DNA of 64,000 nt, from positions 416,001-480,000 of the forward strand of contig CBDETK010000013.1 of NCBI GenBank assembly GCA_965242865.1, given 5' to 3'. Below are positions 39,291 through 50,161 of the stretch, piece after piece (position 1 is the first letter of the stretch; every line of letters begins with the position of its first letter). The translations under genes were made by a program, and so were the position numbers. Source of the DNA: Candidatus Latescibacterota bacterium (GTDB taxonomy: Bacteria; Latescibacterota; UBA2968; UBA8231). A model generated the notes under the pieces. It made no database searches. It was not told the origin of the DNA and was given only the letters and a program-made list of their open reading frames with translations.

Positions 39291-39306
39291 TGGTATCCTT
39301 TTTGCA
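39291..39306 (+). promoter_or_regulatory. Sigma54 promoter of the urt/ure operon
   Basis: TGGTAT-CCTTT-TTGCA (GG-N10-GC), ~55 bp upstream of urtA, preceded by an AT-rich region. Confidence 0.6.
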
Positions 39307-39359
39307 ATAAGGGTGCAGACGTTCAAACCCTTTAACACCATAACTTTCGGAGGGATTCA

Positions 39360-40622
39360 ATGGCAAGACTAAGTACGTTCTGGATTGCATTTGTCGCCTT
39401 GGGGCTAACGTGCTCAAGTGCGCGGGCGCAGGAGACGGTCAAAATAGGCGTCCTGCATTCGCTCAGCGGCACAATGGCTATCTCGGAGGTGTCGCTGCGC
39501 GATGCCGTGCTGATGGCGGTCGAGGAAATCAATTCCAACGGCGGCGTGCTGGGCCGCAACATGGAGCCGGTGGTCGTCGATCCGGCGTCCGACTGGGATT
39601 TGTTCGCTGAAAAGTCCAAGGAACTGTTGCTGGAGCACGAGGTGGCGTCCGTGTTTGGCTGCTGGACCTCGGTGTCGCGCAAGTCGGTGTTGCCGGTCTT
39701 TGAAGAAAACAACGGGCTGCTGTTCTATCCGGTTCAGTACGAGGGCGAAGAGTGCTCGCGCAACATCATCTATACCGGGGCCACGCCCAACCAGCAGTTG
39801 ATTCCAGCGGCTCAGTATCTGATGAGCGAGGAAGGCGGCGGGTACGAGAAATTCTACCTGCTCGGCACGGATTACGTGTTCCCGCGCACGGCCAACAAAA
39901 TCCTGCGGGCCTACCTGCTCGACCAAGGAGTGCCCGAAGCGAACATCATGGAGGAGTACACGCCCTTCCACCATCAGGATTACCAGACCATCGTGCAGAA
40001 GATCAAGAGTTTCGCCGCCGATGGTACGGCCGCGGTCTTGAGCACGATCAACGGCGATTCCAACGTGCCCTTTTACAAGGAATTCGCCAATCAGGGGCTG
40101 ACCTCGGCGATGTGCCCGATCATGGCCTTTTCAGTGGCCGAAGACGAACTGCGGGCCATGGACACCGAGTTTCTGGTCGGCCACTTGGCGGCTTGGAACT
40201 ACTTCCAATCGGTCGCTACCCAAGAAAACCGGGCTTTCGTCAAGCGCTTCAAGCAGTACTGCGAGGCCAACGACTTGCCCGGCGGCCTAATGCGCGTCAC
40301 CGACGATCCGATTCTCTGGGCCTATACTGGGGTCTATCTGTGGAAAGGTGCGGTCGAAAAAGCCGGTTCCTTTGACGTGGAAAAGGTGCGGCCGGCGCTC
40401 TATGGGCTGACGTTTGCTTCGCCGGGCGGCCCAGTGATGATGGACGAGCGCAATCACCATCTGCACAAGCCCGTCTATATCGGCGAGATCAAAAAGAACG
40501 GCCAGTTCAAGATCGTCTATGAATCGGATGGCCTCGTGGCCCCGGATCCGTGGGACGATATCACCAGTGCGGACAAGGACTGCGACCACGTCAATCACTT
40601 GGGTACTTATACCCTAGAGTAA
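39360..40622 (+). CDS. urtA: Urea ABC transporter substrate-binding protein
   Basis: HSLSGTMAISE, GCWTSVSRKSVLP, YPVQYEG and GTDYVFPRT motifs. Confidence 0.95.
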   Translation: MARLSTFWIAFVALGLTCSSARAQETVKIGVLHSLSGTMAISEVSLRDAVLMAVEEINSNGGVLGRNMEPVVVDPASDWDLFAEKSKELLLEHEVASVFGCWTSVSRKSVLPVFEENNGLLFYPVQYEGEECSRNIIYTGATPNQQLIPAAQYLMSEEGGGYEKFYLLGTDYVFPRTANKILRAYLLDQGVPEANIMEEYTPFHHQDYQTIVQKIKSFAADGTAAVLSTINGDSNVPFYKEFANQGLTSAMCPIMAFSVAEDELRAMDTEFLVGHLAAWNYFQSVATQENRAFVKRFKQYCEANDLPGGLMRVTDDPILWAYTGVYLWKGAVEKAGSFDVEKVRPALYGLTFASPGGPVMMDERNHHLHKPVYIGEIKKNGQFKIVYESDGLVAPDPWDDITSADKDCDHVNHLGTYTLE

Positions 40623-40653
40623 TACTTTACCTAGCGCAGAAGGAAACAAACCG

Positions 40654-41604
40654 ATGAACGAGAAAGTAAAAGTTGCAGCACTCGCACTGGCGATTTTTGC
40701 CGCCCAGCCGGCCGCCGCCGAGGTCAAATTCTCTGGGTTTGTCGATATGAGCGTGTTCAGCGACGATGGCAACGCGAGCATGTCGCTGGACCAGTTCGAG
40801 TTGGACGTCTCGACAGACCTCGGGGGCGGGGTCTCCATGCGGGCCGATGTCAATGCCCTGGGGCCTACCGCTCCGGTCGAGCTAGAGCAGGCCTTCATCA
40901 CGTACAACCCTGGCGCGGGCTTGGCCCTAACGGTGGGCAAGTTTCTTAGCTGCACCGGCTTTGAAGCGGCCGAACCCACGGGGTTATATCAGTATTCGCA
41001 TTCTGCCACCTTGGTGTACGGCGGCTATCAGAATGGGATCGCGGCCTCCTACGGCTCGGATACGTTCGGCCTGTATGGGGCGGTTATTGCCAGCGTCTGG
41101 GACGGCGCGAAAACGGGTTTCTCTGGCGATGATTTCGGCATAGAGGTCCAAGCAACGCTCACTCCCATCAGCGGCTTGACCGCCAAAGCCGCGCTCGCAT
41201 GGGAGGACGGTTTTGAGCACGCGACCCAGACCGCGCCCTTTGACCGGGCACTGCTCAACATCTGGGCGGCCTACGAGACCGGCCCGCTGACCTTGGCCGT
41301 TGAACTGAACGGACTGGGCAACTGGGAAGGCGGTGCTATGCTTTACGAATCCGGTGCGGGGCTGCTGGCGATGGCCAATTATGGGATCAGCGACAAAGTG
41401 GGCGTGACTGGCCGAATTTCCGGGATGGCCTTGACGGATGCCGTCGTCGAAGACGCGGGCGATTACGAGGTCAGCGAATTCACCATCGCCCCGAGCTACG
41501 CGGTCTCGGACAACTGGAGCCTTATCGGCGAGGTAAAGATGCTCACCGTGGGCGACGCCGACGCCGTAGCGCAGCTCGCGCTGGAGTCGCTGCTGACGTT
41601 TTAG
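40654..41604 (+). CDS. Outer-membrane beta-barrel / putative porin
   Basis: Signal peptide, alternating beta strands, LEQAFITY...TVGKF, terminal Phe. Confidence 0.75.
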   Translation: MNEKVKVAALALAIFAAQPAAAEVKFSGFVDMSVFSDDGNASMSLDQFELDVSTDLGGGVSMRADVNALGPTAPVELEQAFITYNPGAGLALTVGKFLSCTGFEAAEPTGLYQYSHSATLVYGGYQNGIAASYGSDTFGLYGAVIASVWDGAKTGFSGDDFGIEVQATLTPISGLTAKAALAWEDGFEHATQTAPFDRALLNIWAAYETGPLTLAVELNGLGNWEGGAMLYESGAGLLAMANYGISDKVGVTGRISGMALTDAVVEDAGDYEVSEFTIAPSYAVSDNWSLIGEVKMLTVGDADAVAQLALESLLTF

Positions 41605-41610
41605 GTAAGT

Positions 41611-41691
41611 GGAGCGGAGACGGCCATTGGTACGGTACAAGGTAAAATACAAGGTGATTGGGCTGTCTCCGCTCCGTTTTATGGGGCGGAG
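41611..41691 (+). other. Intra-operonic inverted repeats able to form alternative hairpins
   Basis: GGAGCGGAGAC...GTCTCCGCTCC-GTTTT; the 3' arm can instead pair with GGGGCGGAG at 41683-41691. Confidence 0.55.
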
Positions 41692-41732
41692 CGATCTGCC
41701 CTCGATCCCGGACGCCGTGGGAACGGCAGAAA

Positions 41733-43430
41733 ATGCGTTCGCAAAGTAGGGGGCGGAGTTCAATTTTGTCGCTGGGAGTTCTAAAAATACTGGCGGTGTG
41801 GGTCTTAGCCGTGAGCGCGGCGGCGGCCAACCCGTGGGACGAAGCGCAGTTTGCGCGGCTGGCCAGCGGCGAGGACGCCGCGATCCAACAGGCCGTAACC
41901 GCCTTGGTCGCCCGCTACGACCCAGCCCATTACGCCTTGATGCAGGGGCTGTTCAGCGGGGCGGTCTATCGCTGGAACGAGCGCTTGGTGCTCATCGGCG
42001 ACGAGGAAATGGACGAGTACGGCGAGGCGATGGTCCCGCTCTTTACAGCGCATCCCGAGCGCGTGCCCATCCTCGACGAAGCGGGCAACCCGCTCAAGGT
42101 CTCGCTCTACGACCTAGAGGAGGTCGCAACCAATCGGCAGCTCCGGGCGCAGATTCAGCCCTATTTACTGCGGCTGGAACTGGTCCACCCGGCGGACGAC
42201 AAACGGCGGATCGCGGCTGAAAATATCGGCAACAAGGGAAGCACCGCCGACATCCCAGCGTTGCGCCGCTCCATCGAGGCCGAGACCGATGGGTCGATCC
42301 AGCGGTTGAAGCGCGTGTCGCTGGCTAAGCTGCAATTGGCGGACGCCCGGGCCGAGGTGCGCTTGCAGGCGGTGGCGGCACTGGGCGGCCTGCGTAGTCC
42401 GCTGGCCATACCCGTGCTAGAGCGACTCTTGAGTACCGGCGAGTCCGGGTCCTTGGCCGAGCCGGACGCTCAGGTGCGAGAACGAGCGGCCGCGGCTCTG
42501 ACCAACTTGCGGCGTTTTAGCTCCTTCATGCAGGCGGTGCAGACGATTTTTATCGGTCTGAGCTTGGGGTCCATTCTGGTGTTGATGTCGCTGGGGTTGG
42601 CGATTATCTACGGGCAGATGGGGGTGATTAACATGGCGCACGGCGAGTTTATGATGATCGGTGCCTATACAACCTTCGTGGTGCAGAACCTGTGTGCGGG
42701 CGTCCTGCCGGCGGAGCACGGCGATCTCTTTTTCGCGCTCTCCTTTCCGCTGGCCTTCCTCGTCGCTGGCGGCGTCGGGTTCCTACTAGAGGCGTCGATT
42801 ATATGCCGGCTCTACAGCCGACCTCTCGAAAGCCTGCTGGCCACTTGGGGCATCAGTCTGGTGCTGATTCAGGCGGCGCGCAGCGTCTTTGGCGATCTGA
42901 CCGCGGTGAAGTTGCCGCAGCTTTTGAGCGGCGGCTGGGAACTGGCGCCCCAAGTGGTGTTGCCCTACAACCGCATGTTCATCATGGTGCTGGCCGCGGC
43001 CATCGTCGGGATGCTGTTGGCGCTTTTTTTTCGCACGCGCTTTGGCCTCAAGCTGCGGGCCACGACCCAAAATCGAGCGATGAGTGCCTGCGTCGGGGTG
43101 CCAGTGCGGCGCATTGACGCCATGGCCTTTGCCTTGGGCACCGGGATTGCCGGGGTCGCCGGTTGGGCCATGACCCTGATTGGCAACGTCGTCCCCAACA
43201 TGGGCCAGACTTACATCGTCGATTCGTTCCTCGTGGTCGTCACCGGCGGGGTCGGCAAGCTGCTAGGCACGATCAGCGCCGGGCTGGGGATCGGCATTTT
43301 CAACAAGATGCTCGAGCCGCTCTTTGAAGCGGTGTACGGCAAGGTCATCCTGTTGGGCTTGATCATCGTCTTTTTGCAAGCGCGTCCGACCGGCCTCTTC
43401 CCGGCCAAAGGACGGAGCGCGGAACTATGA
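41733..43430 (+). CDS. urtB: Urea ABC transporter permease
   Basis: GVINMAHGEF, RPLESLLATWG and YIVDSF motifs; HEAT-like periplasmic N-terminus; start uncertain. Confidence 0.92.
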   Translation: MRSQSRGRSSILSLGVLKILAVWVLAVSAAAANPWDEAQFARLASGEDAAIQQAVTALVARYDPAHYALMQGLFSGAVYRWNERLVLIGDEEMDEYGEAMVPLFTAHPERVPILDEAGNPLKVSLYDLEEVATNRQLRAQIQPYLLRLELVHPADDKRRIAAENIGNKGSTADIPALRRSIEAETDGSIQRLKRVSLAKLQLADARAEVRLQAVAALGGLRSPLAIPVLERLLSTGESGSLAEPDAQVRERAAAALTNLRRFSSFMQAVQTIFIGLSLGSILVLMSLGLAIIYGQMGVINMAHGEFMMIGAYTTFVVQNLCAGVLPAEHGDLFFALSFPLAFLVAGGVGFLLEASIICRLYSRPLESLLATWGISLVLIQAARSVFGDLTAVKLPQLLSGGWELAPQVVLPYNRMFIMVLAAAIVGMLLALFFRTRFGLKLRATTQNRAMSACVGVPVRRIDAMAFALGTGIAGVAGWAMTLIGNVVPNMGQTYIVDSFLVVVTGGVGKLLGTISAGLGIGIFNKMLEPLFEAVYGKVILLGLIIVFLQARPTGLFPAKGRSAEL

Positions 43431-44485
43431 GCGCGTCTAGGCACCACATCGTCGTCGGTTCGCTGTTCGCCTTCTTTGGGCTGCTAGTCCCCTTGCTCAA
43501 CTATCTGGGCCTAGTGGCCGATACCACCCTGAACCTGTGGGGACGCTATTTTTGCTTTGCCATCGTCGCTTTGGGGATGGACCTGATTTGGGGGTTTACC
43601 GGCATTCTGTCGCTGTGTCAGGCGTTTTTCTTTTGTCTGGGCGGCTACGCCATAGGCATGCACATGCTGCTCAAGACCGGGACGAAGGGCGTGTACGGCA
43701 GTGCCTTGCCCGACTTCATGGTCTGGAACCGGGTCGAGGAGCTGCCGCTTTTTTGGCAGCCGTTCCACAGCCTGCCCCTGACCTTGCTCCTCGGGCTGCT
43801 GGTGCCGGGAGTGGCCGCGCTGGTCTTTGGTTTTCTCGCCTTCCGCAGCCGCATCAAGGGCGTGTACTTGGCCATTATCACCCAAGCGCTGGCGCTGGCG
43901 CTGTGGCTGCTCTTTTTGCGCAACGAGACCCTGTTGGGGGGGACCAACGGGCTGACGGATTTCAAGACCCTGCTGGGGTTTGAATTGGCCGAGCCAGCGA
44001 CCAAGCGCGGGCTTTACGTGGGGGCGTGTGCCGCGCTGGTGGGGGCGTATTATCTCTGCCGCTATATCGTCGGGTCCAAATTGGGCAAACTGCTGGTGGC
44101 CATCCGCGACAGCGAACACCGCCTGCGCTTTATCGGCTACCCTATCACCCGCTACAAGCTCTTCGTCTTTGTCGTCGCCAGCGCCTTGGCCGGCTTGGGA
44201 GGGATGCTCTACGTGCCGCAGACCGGCATCATCACGCCGGGGCGCATGGACGTGCAGGCTTCGATTGAGATCGTGGTGTGGACCGCGGTCGGCGGCCGGG
44301 GGACGTTGGTCGGCGCGATCGTCGGGGCCGTGCTGGTCAACTTGCTCTATAGCTTCCTCACCGGCGCGTTCCCCGGCACTTGGCTCTACTTCCTCGGTGC
44401 GCTCTTCGTCGGGGTGGTGCTGTTCTTTCCCGAGGGCATCGCCGGCCTAGTCGGGCGGTTGCGCCGGCGGCTGACGCCGGCCTAA
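43427..44485 (+). CDS. urtC: Urea ABC transporter permease
   Basis: DLIWGFTGILSL, LPDFMVW, FRSRIKGVY and GGTNGLTDF motifs. Confidence 0.93.
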   Translation: MSASRHHIVVGSLFAFFGLLVPLLNYLGLVADTTLNLWGRYFCFAIVALGMDLIWGFTGILSLCQAFFFCLGGYAIGMHMLLKTGTKGVYGSALPDFMVWNRVEELPLFWQPFHSLPLTLLLGLLVPGVAALVFGFLAFRSRIKGVYLAIITQALALALWLLFLRNETLLGGTNGLTDFKTLLGFELAEPATKRGLYVGACAALVGAYYLCRYIVGSKLGKLLVAIRDSEHRLRFIGYPITRYKLFVFVVASALAGLGGMLYVPQTGIITPGRMDVQASIEIVVWTAVGGRGTLVGAIVGAVLVNLLYSFLTGAFPGTWLYFLGALFVGVVLFFPEGIAGLVGRLRRRLTPA

Positions 44486-44494
44486 CGAGGGGCG

Positions 44495-45259
44495 ATGGAC
44501 AATCTATACGTACAGCAGTTGAGCGTGTCGTTTGACGGCTTCAAGGCACTGGACATCGACATTTTTGAGGTGGCCCAAAACGAGTTGCGGGTGGTCATCG
44601 GCCCCAACGGCGCGGGCAAGACGACCCTGCTCGACGTGCTCTGCGGCCGGGCGCGGCCCGACGCGGGTCACGCTTACTTTAAGGACAAGGACCTGACGAA
44701 GCTGAGCGAGGATGAGATCGTCGAGCTCGGAGTGGGGCGCAAGTTCCAAGCACCGACGGTTTTTACTTCCCTGACCGTGGCCGACAACCTGATGCTCGCG
44801 GTAAAGGCCAACCGCGGCGTCTTTGCCTCGCTGTTCCACCGGCTCAAAGCAACCGAGGGCCGCCGGATTGCGGAAGTGGCCGAGCGCACTGGGCTGGCGG
44901 ACGCGCTCGACGAGGTGGCCGGGGCGCTGTCGCACGGTCAGAAGCAGTGGTTGGAGATCGCCATGGTCATCTTGCAGGACCCCACGCTCTTTTTGGTCGA
45001 TGAGCCAGCGGCCGGCATGACCGACGAGGAGACGTTCCGCACCGGGGAGATCCTCCAAGGGCTGGCCGAAGATCACGCCCTGATCGTCATTGAGCACGAC
45101 ATGGAATTCGTGCGGCAAATCGCCCGCAAAGTCACGGTGCTGCACGAGGGCAAAATCCTAGTTGAAGGGCCGATGGAAGCGGTGCAGAACGACCCGCGCG
45201 TCATTGAGTGCTATTTGGGAACGGCCATGGACCGGGAGGAACCGAGTGCAGCCCGTTGA
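44495..45259 (+). CDS. urtD: Urea ABC transporter ATPase
   Basis: GPNGAGKTT, GRKFQ and LSHGQKQWLEI motifs. Confidence 0.93.
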   Translation: MDNLYVQQLSVSFDGFKALDIDIFEVAQNELRVVIGPNGAGKTTLLDVLCGRARPDAGHAYFKDKDLTKLSEDEIVELGVGRKFQAPTVFTSLTVADNLMLAVKANRGVFASLFHRLKATEGRRIAEVAERTGLADALDEVAGALSHGQKQWLEIAMVILQDPTLFLVDEPAAGMTDEETFRTGEILQGLAEDHALIVIEHDMEFVRQIARKVTVLHEGKILVEGPMEAVQNDPRVIECYLGTAMDREEPSAAR

Positions 45260-45956
45260 GACCACGCTGGCGGTGGAGGAGTTGGAGGTCCACTACGGGG
45301 GCAGCCGCATCTTGCGGGACATGAGCTTGCAGGTTCCCAGCGGCTCAATTGTGGCGGTGATGGGGCGCAACGGCGTCGGCAAAACCACGCTGCTCAAGGC
45401 GATCATGGGGTTGTTGACGCCGAGCAAGGGCCGGGTGTTTTTTGCCGGCGAGGATGTCACCGCGCTGACGGCTGACAAGCGCACCCGGCGGGGGTTGGGG
45501 TACGTGCCGCAGGGCCGCGAGATTTTTCCGCAGCTCACGGTGCGAGAAAACTTGGCGATCGGCTTGCAGGCGTGCGGGGGCCGGGGCGAGGTGCCCGAGG
45601 AAGTGTTCGCGCTGTTTCCGGTGTTGGCGGACATGCAGGAGCGGATGGGCGGCAATTTGAGCGGGGGACAGCAACAGCAATTGGCCATTGCCCGGGCGCT
45701 GGTCGGCCAACCCAAGGTCCTGATGCTGGACGAGCCGACCGAGGGGATTCAGCCGTCGATCATCTTGGAAATAGAAAAGGTGTTGCTCCAGCTCAAGGAG
45801 CGCGGCGAGTTCGCCATCGTCCTAGTTGAGCAGTACTTCGACTTCGCCCGGCAGATCGCCGATCACTTCTTTCTGATGGACCGCGGCCGCATCCTGTTGC
45901 AGGGAACCGCCGCCGAGCTGTCCGATGAAAGCATCAAAACCCATCTGACGTTTTGA
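45246..45956 (+). CDS. urtE: Urea ABC transporter ATPase
   Basis: [20 protein letters not shown] and [12 protein letters not shown] motifs. Confidence 0.93.
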   Translation: MQPVETTLAVEELEVHYGGSRILRDMSLQVPSGSIVAVMGRNGVGKTTLLKAIMGLLTPSKGRVFFAGEDVTALTADKRTRRGLGYVPQGREIFPQLTVRENLAIGLQACGGRGEVPEEVFALFPVLADMQERMGGNLSGGQQQQLAIARALVGQPKVLMLDEPTEGIQPSIILEIEKVLLQLKERGEFAIVLVEQYFDFARQIADHFFLMDRGRILLQGTAAELSDESIKTHLTF

Positions 45957-45967
45957 GGGAGGGCTTC

Positions 45968-46723
45968 ATGCGGCTTTCGCCGAGGGAAATCGACAAGCTG
46001 GTGTTGCACAACGCCGGGTTTGTGGCGCAGAAGCGCTATGCTCGGGGCCTGCGGCTGAACTACCCGGAGGCGACCGCGCTGCTCGCAGCGCAGTTGCTCG
46101 AATTTATCCGCGATGGCGAGCGAGTCGCCCTCTTGATGGACAAGGGCAAGCAATTGCTCGGAATCGAAGAGGTGTTGCCGGGGGTGCCGGAGCTGGTCCA
46201 CGAGGTACAAGTCGAGGGCACGTTTCCCGACGGCACCAAGCTGGTGACGGTCCATCAGCCGATCTGCCGCGCCCGGGGCAGTGCCGAGTTGGCGCTTTAT
46301 GGATCGGGGTTGGTGCGCGTGGGCGAGCCGTGGTCGCCAGACAATGCGTCCCATGCCGCGCCTGGGGAAACACTCGTAGCGGGCGAGGAGCTCGCGCTCA
46401 ACGCTGGCCGCGCAAAAGTGGAGCTCGAAGTGGCGAATATGGGCGACCGGCCGGTGCAGGTGGGGTCGCACTTTCCCTTTTTTGAGGCCAACGCTGAATT
46501 GCGCTTTGACCGCGCCCGGGCTTATGGCTTTCGCCTCGACATTCCCTCGGGCACGGCGGTGCGGTTTGAGCCGGGCGAGACCAAGACGGTGACGCTAATT
46601 GCCATCGCTGGCCAGCGCGTCGTCCACGGCGGCAGTGGTTTGATCGACGGGGCCTTGAGCGACCCCAACAAGGCCGCGGCCCTCAACCGCGCAAAAGAGC
46701 GCGGCTTTTTAGGAGTGGAGTAG
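45968..46723 (+). CDS. ureAB: Urease gamma-beta fused subunit
   Basis: LNYPEA...[12 protein letters not shown] (gamma) followed by [11 protein letters not shown]...GTAVRFEPG (beta). Confidence 0.95.
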   Translation: MRLSPREIDKLVLHNAGFVAQKRYARGLRLNYPEATALLAAQLLEFIRDGERVALLMDKGKQLLGIEEVLPGVPELVHEVQVEGTFPDGTKLVTVHQPICRARGSAELALYGSGLVRVGEPWSPDNASHAAPGETLVAGEELALNAGRAKVELEVANMGDRPVQVGSHFPFFEANAELRFDRARAYGFRLDIPSGTAVRFEPGETKTVTLIAIAGQRVVHGGSGLIDGALSDPNKAAALNRAKERGFLGVE

Positions 46724-46725
46724 CC

Positions 46726-48429
46726 ATGCACCTTGATCGACGCGCTTATGCGGATATGTACGGCCCCACCACCGGCGACCGGGTGCGGCTGGGCGACACA
46801 GACTTGGTCGTCGAGGTGGAAAAGGATCACACCGTGTACGGGGAGGAGTGCAAGTTTGGCGGCGGCAAGGTGCTGCGCGACGGCATGGGCCAGCAGAGCG
46901 GCGCGAGCCAACAAGAGGCCCTCGACTTGGTAATCACCAACGCGCTGGTGCTCGACTACACGGGTATTTACAAGGCCGATATCGGCGTCAAGGCCGGGCG
47001 CATCGCCGGGATTGGCAAGGCGGGCAACCCAGACATTATGCCGGGGGTGGCCGAGCGGATGATCGTCGGCGCGACCACCGAAGTGGTAGCCGGGGAAAAG
47101 CTGATTTTGACGGCCGGCGCACTGGACGTACACGTGCATTTTATTTGCCCGCAGCAAGTTGAAGAGGCCATTGCCTCGGGCGTCACCACCCTGCTCGGCG
47201 GCGGCACCGGCCCGGCGACCGGCACGAAGGCCACCACTTGTACCCCGGGGGCCTTTTACATCCGCACGATGCTGCAAGCAGCCGATGCGTGGCCGCTCAA
47301 CGTTGGCTTTTTGGGCAAGGGCAATTCGTCGGCGCGCCTCGGATTGGCGGCGCAAGTTGAGGCCGGAGCGTGCGGTCTCAAGCTGCACGAGGACTGGGGC
47401 ACGACGCCGGCGACCATTGATGCGTGTCTGGCGGTTGCCGACGAATTCGACGTGCAGGTTTGCATCCACACCGACACGCTCAACGAGTCCGGCTTTGTCG
47501 AGGCGTCGCTGGCGGCTTTCAAAGGCCGGACGATTCACACCTACCACACCGAGGGCGCGGGCGGCGGACACGCGCCCGATATTCTGCGGCTTTGCGGCGA
47601 GGCCAATGTGCTGCCCTCTTCGACCAACCCGACGCGGCCCTTTACGGTCAACACCATCGACGAACATTTAGACATGCTGATGGTCTGCCACCACCTCGAC
47701 AAGAACATTCCCGAGGACGTGGCCTTTGCCGAGAGCCGGATCCGCCAAGAGACCATTGCGGCCGAAGACATTTTACACGACTTGGGCGCGCTGTCGATTA
47801 TCGCCTCGGACAGCCAAGCGATGGGCCGCGTGGGAGAGGTGGTGTGCCGGACTTGGCAGACGGCGCACAAGATGCGCCAGCAGCGGGGCCTGCTGCCCGA
47901 AGACGCGGGCGGCGCCGACAACTATCGCGCCCGGCGCTACATCGCCAAATACACCATCAATCCGGCCATTGCCCACGGCCTCTCGGCCCACATCGGCTCG
48001 GTGGAGACGGGCAAGTGGGCCGATTTGGCGTTGTGGCAGCCGGCTTTTTTCGGCGTCAAGCCCGAGCTCGTGCTCAAAGGCGGGGTCATTGCCTACGCCC
48101 AGATGGGCGACGCCAATGCGTCCATCCCCACGCCGCAGCCCGTGTATCCGCGCCCCATGTTCGGGGCTTACGGCAATGCGGTGGGGCCGACCTCGCTCGC
48201 TTTTGTATCGCCGGCGTCGCGCGAGCGGGTGGGCGAGTACGGGTTGGCCAAAGCGGTCGTGCCGGTCGAGCATTGCCGCGCCATTGGCAAGGCCGACATG
48301 CAGCTCAACGACGCGGTGCCCAATATCGAGGTCGATCCAGAGACCTATAAGGTGAACGTCGATGGCAGGGAAATTACCTGCGCGCCGGCAGAAAAACTGC
48401 CGCTGGCGCAGCTGTATCACCTGTTCTAA
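46726..48429 (+). CDS. ureC: Urease alpha (catalytic) subunit
   Basis: [37 protein letters not shown] and SDSQAMGR motifs. Confidence 0.98.
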   Translation: MHLDRRAYADMYGPTTGDRVRLGDTDLVVEVEKDHTVYGEECKFGGGKVLRDGMGQQSGASQQEALDLVITNALVLDYTGIYKADIGVKAGRIAGIGKAGNPDIMPGVAERMIVGATTEVVAGEKLILTAGALDVHVHFICPQQVEEAIASGVTTLLGGGTGPATGTKATTCTPGAFYIRTMLQAADAWPLNVGFLGKGNSSARLGLAAQVEAGACGLKLHEDWGTTPATIDACLAVADEFDVQVCIHTDTLNESGFVEASLAAFKGRTIHTYHTEGAGGGHAPDILRLCGEANVLPSSTNPTRPFTVNTIDEHLDMLMVCHHLDKNIPEDVAFAESRIRQETIAAEDILHDLGALSIIASDSQAMGRVGEVVCRTWQTAHKMRQQRGLLPEDAGGADNYRARRYIAKYTINPAIAHGLSAHIGSVETGKWADLALWQPAFFGVKPELVLKGGVIAYAQMGDANASIPTPQPVYPRPMFGAYGNAVGPTSLAFVSPASRERVGEYGLAKAVVPVEHCRAIGKADMQLNDAVPNIEVDPETYKVNVDGREITCAPAEKLPLAQLYHLF

Positions 48430-49082
48430 TGGATCGCCTCTATCCGTTGCTGCACCTCGCCGACAGCGCGCTGCCGGCCGGTGGCTACGCCTTTTCCAAT
48501 GGCTTGGAAGGGGCCTATCAGTTGGGCTTGTTGGCTGCGTCTGGAGCCTTGGAGGAGTTCGTGCATTCGGCGCTGATGGCCGCGGCTTACGGCGAGATTC
48601 CCTTCATCCATTCCTGTTACGTCGAAGCCGACGAAGCGGCTGTGGCAAAGATGGCCCAGTTCTACGACGCGCTGCTCGCGGCGCCGGCCATGCGCCGGGC
48701 GAGTTTGCTCTTGGGCAAGAACTGGTTGCGGCTGATGGCTGGTTTGTACCCAGCGGCTAAATTCGCAACCTTGCGGCGGGCACACGCGCACTACACGGTG
48801 GTGTTTGGGCTGGCGTTAAAAGCGGCGGGCTTTGCCCAAGCCGCTGCCCAGCAGCTTTACATGTTTCAGGTGCTCAGGGATCAGATGAGTGCTGCGGTGC
48901 GTCTCGGAATCGTCGGGCCGCTGGAGGCCACGCGGCAGCAGTTGGGTTTGTACGCGCATTGCGAGGGCTTGCTGGCGGAAGTGGCCGGCCGCCCCTACGC
49001 CCAAGCGACGCGCAGCACGCCGCAGCTAGACATCGCCCAGAGCGTCCACGACGACCTCTACTCGCGCCTTTTCCAAAGTTGA
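48429..49082 (+). CDS. ureF: Urease accessory protein UreF
   Basis: [22 protein letters not shown] and SRLFQS motifs. Confidence 0.92.
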   Translation: MDRLYPLLHLADSALPAGGYAFSNGLEGAYQLGLLAASGALEEFVHSALMAAAYGEIPFIHSCYVEADEAAVAKMAQFYDALLAAPAMRRASLLLGKNWLRLMAGLYPAAKFATLRRAHAHYTVVFGLALKAAGFAQAAAQQLYMFQVLRDQMSAAVRLGIVGPLEATRQQLGLYAHCEGLLAEVAGRPYAQATRSTPQLDIAQSVHDDLYSRLFQS

Positions 49083-49093
49083 TACAGGGAGAT

Positions 49094-49792
<699 letters not shown>

Positions 49793-49805
49793 TTGCTTCG
49801 GTCGC

Positions 49806-50111
49806 TCACGTGCCGAGGGCACGCACAACCGCTTCCGGCTCGCGGTCGATAACAGTCAGCAGAACGCGGGCCGCGCGGTCGGGAACGCGACGGCCTTGTT
49901 CCCAATCCTGCACTGCGCGTACGTCGAGACCGAACCGCTCGGCGAATTTCTGGCGACTCAGCTTCATGCCTTGGCGAAGCGCACGAATCCGCTCTGAGGT
50001 CGGATCATCCACGATTCGGCAGGGAAGATCGATCTCACCGCGCACATGGGCGCATACCTCTCCCAGTGCCGTCTCGATTTCTCGACCGAATGGGGTTCGT
50101 TCCGTTGTCAT
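49806..50111 (-). CDS. HigA-like Xre HTH antitoxin
   Basis: LSRQKFAERFG...QDWEQGRRVPDRAARVLL. Confidence 0.85.
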   Translation of the reverse strand: MTTERTPFGREIETALGEVCAHVRGEIDLPCRIVDDPTSERIRALRQGMKLSRQKFAERFGLDVRAVQDWEQGRRVPDRAARVLLTVIDREPEAVVRALGT

Positions 50112-50161
50112 TTGGTTTTCTCCTTTTCCTTGATCGCAGCCACTAGCCTTGTCAGTACCTT
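50108..50161 (-). pseudogene. C-terminal remnant of a probable HigB/RelE toxin
   Basis: KVLTRLVAAIKEKEKTK* with ATGA overlap onto the antitoxin start; begins at the purH-like stop codon. Confidence 0.5.
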
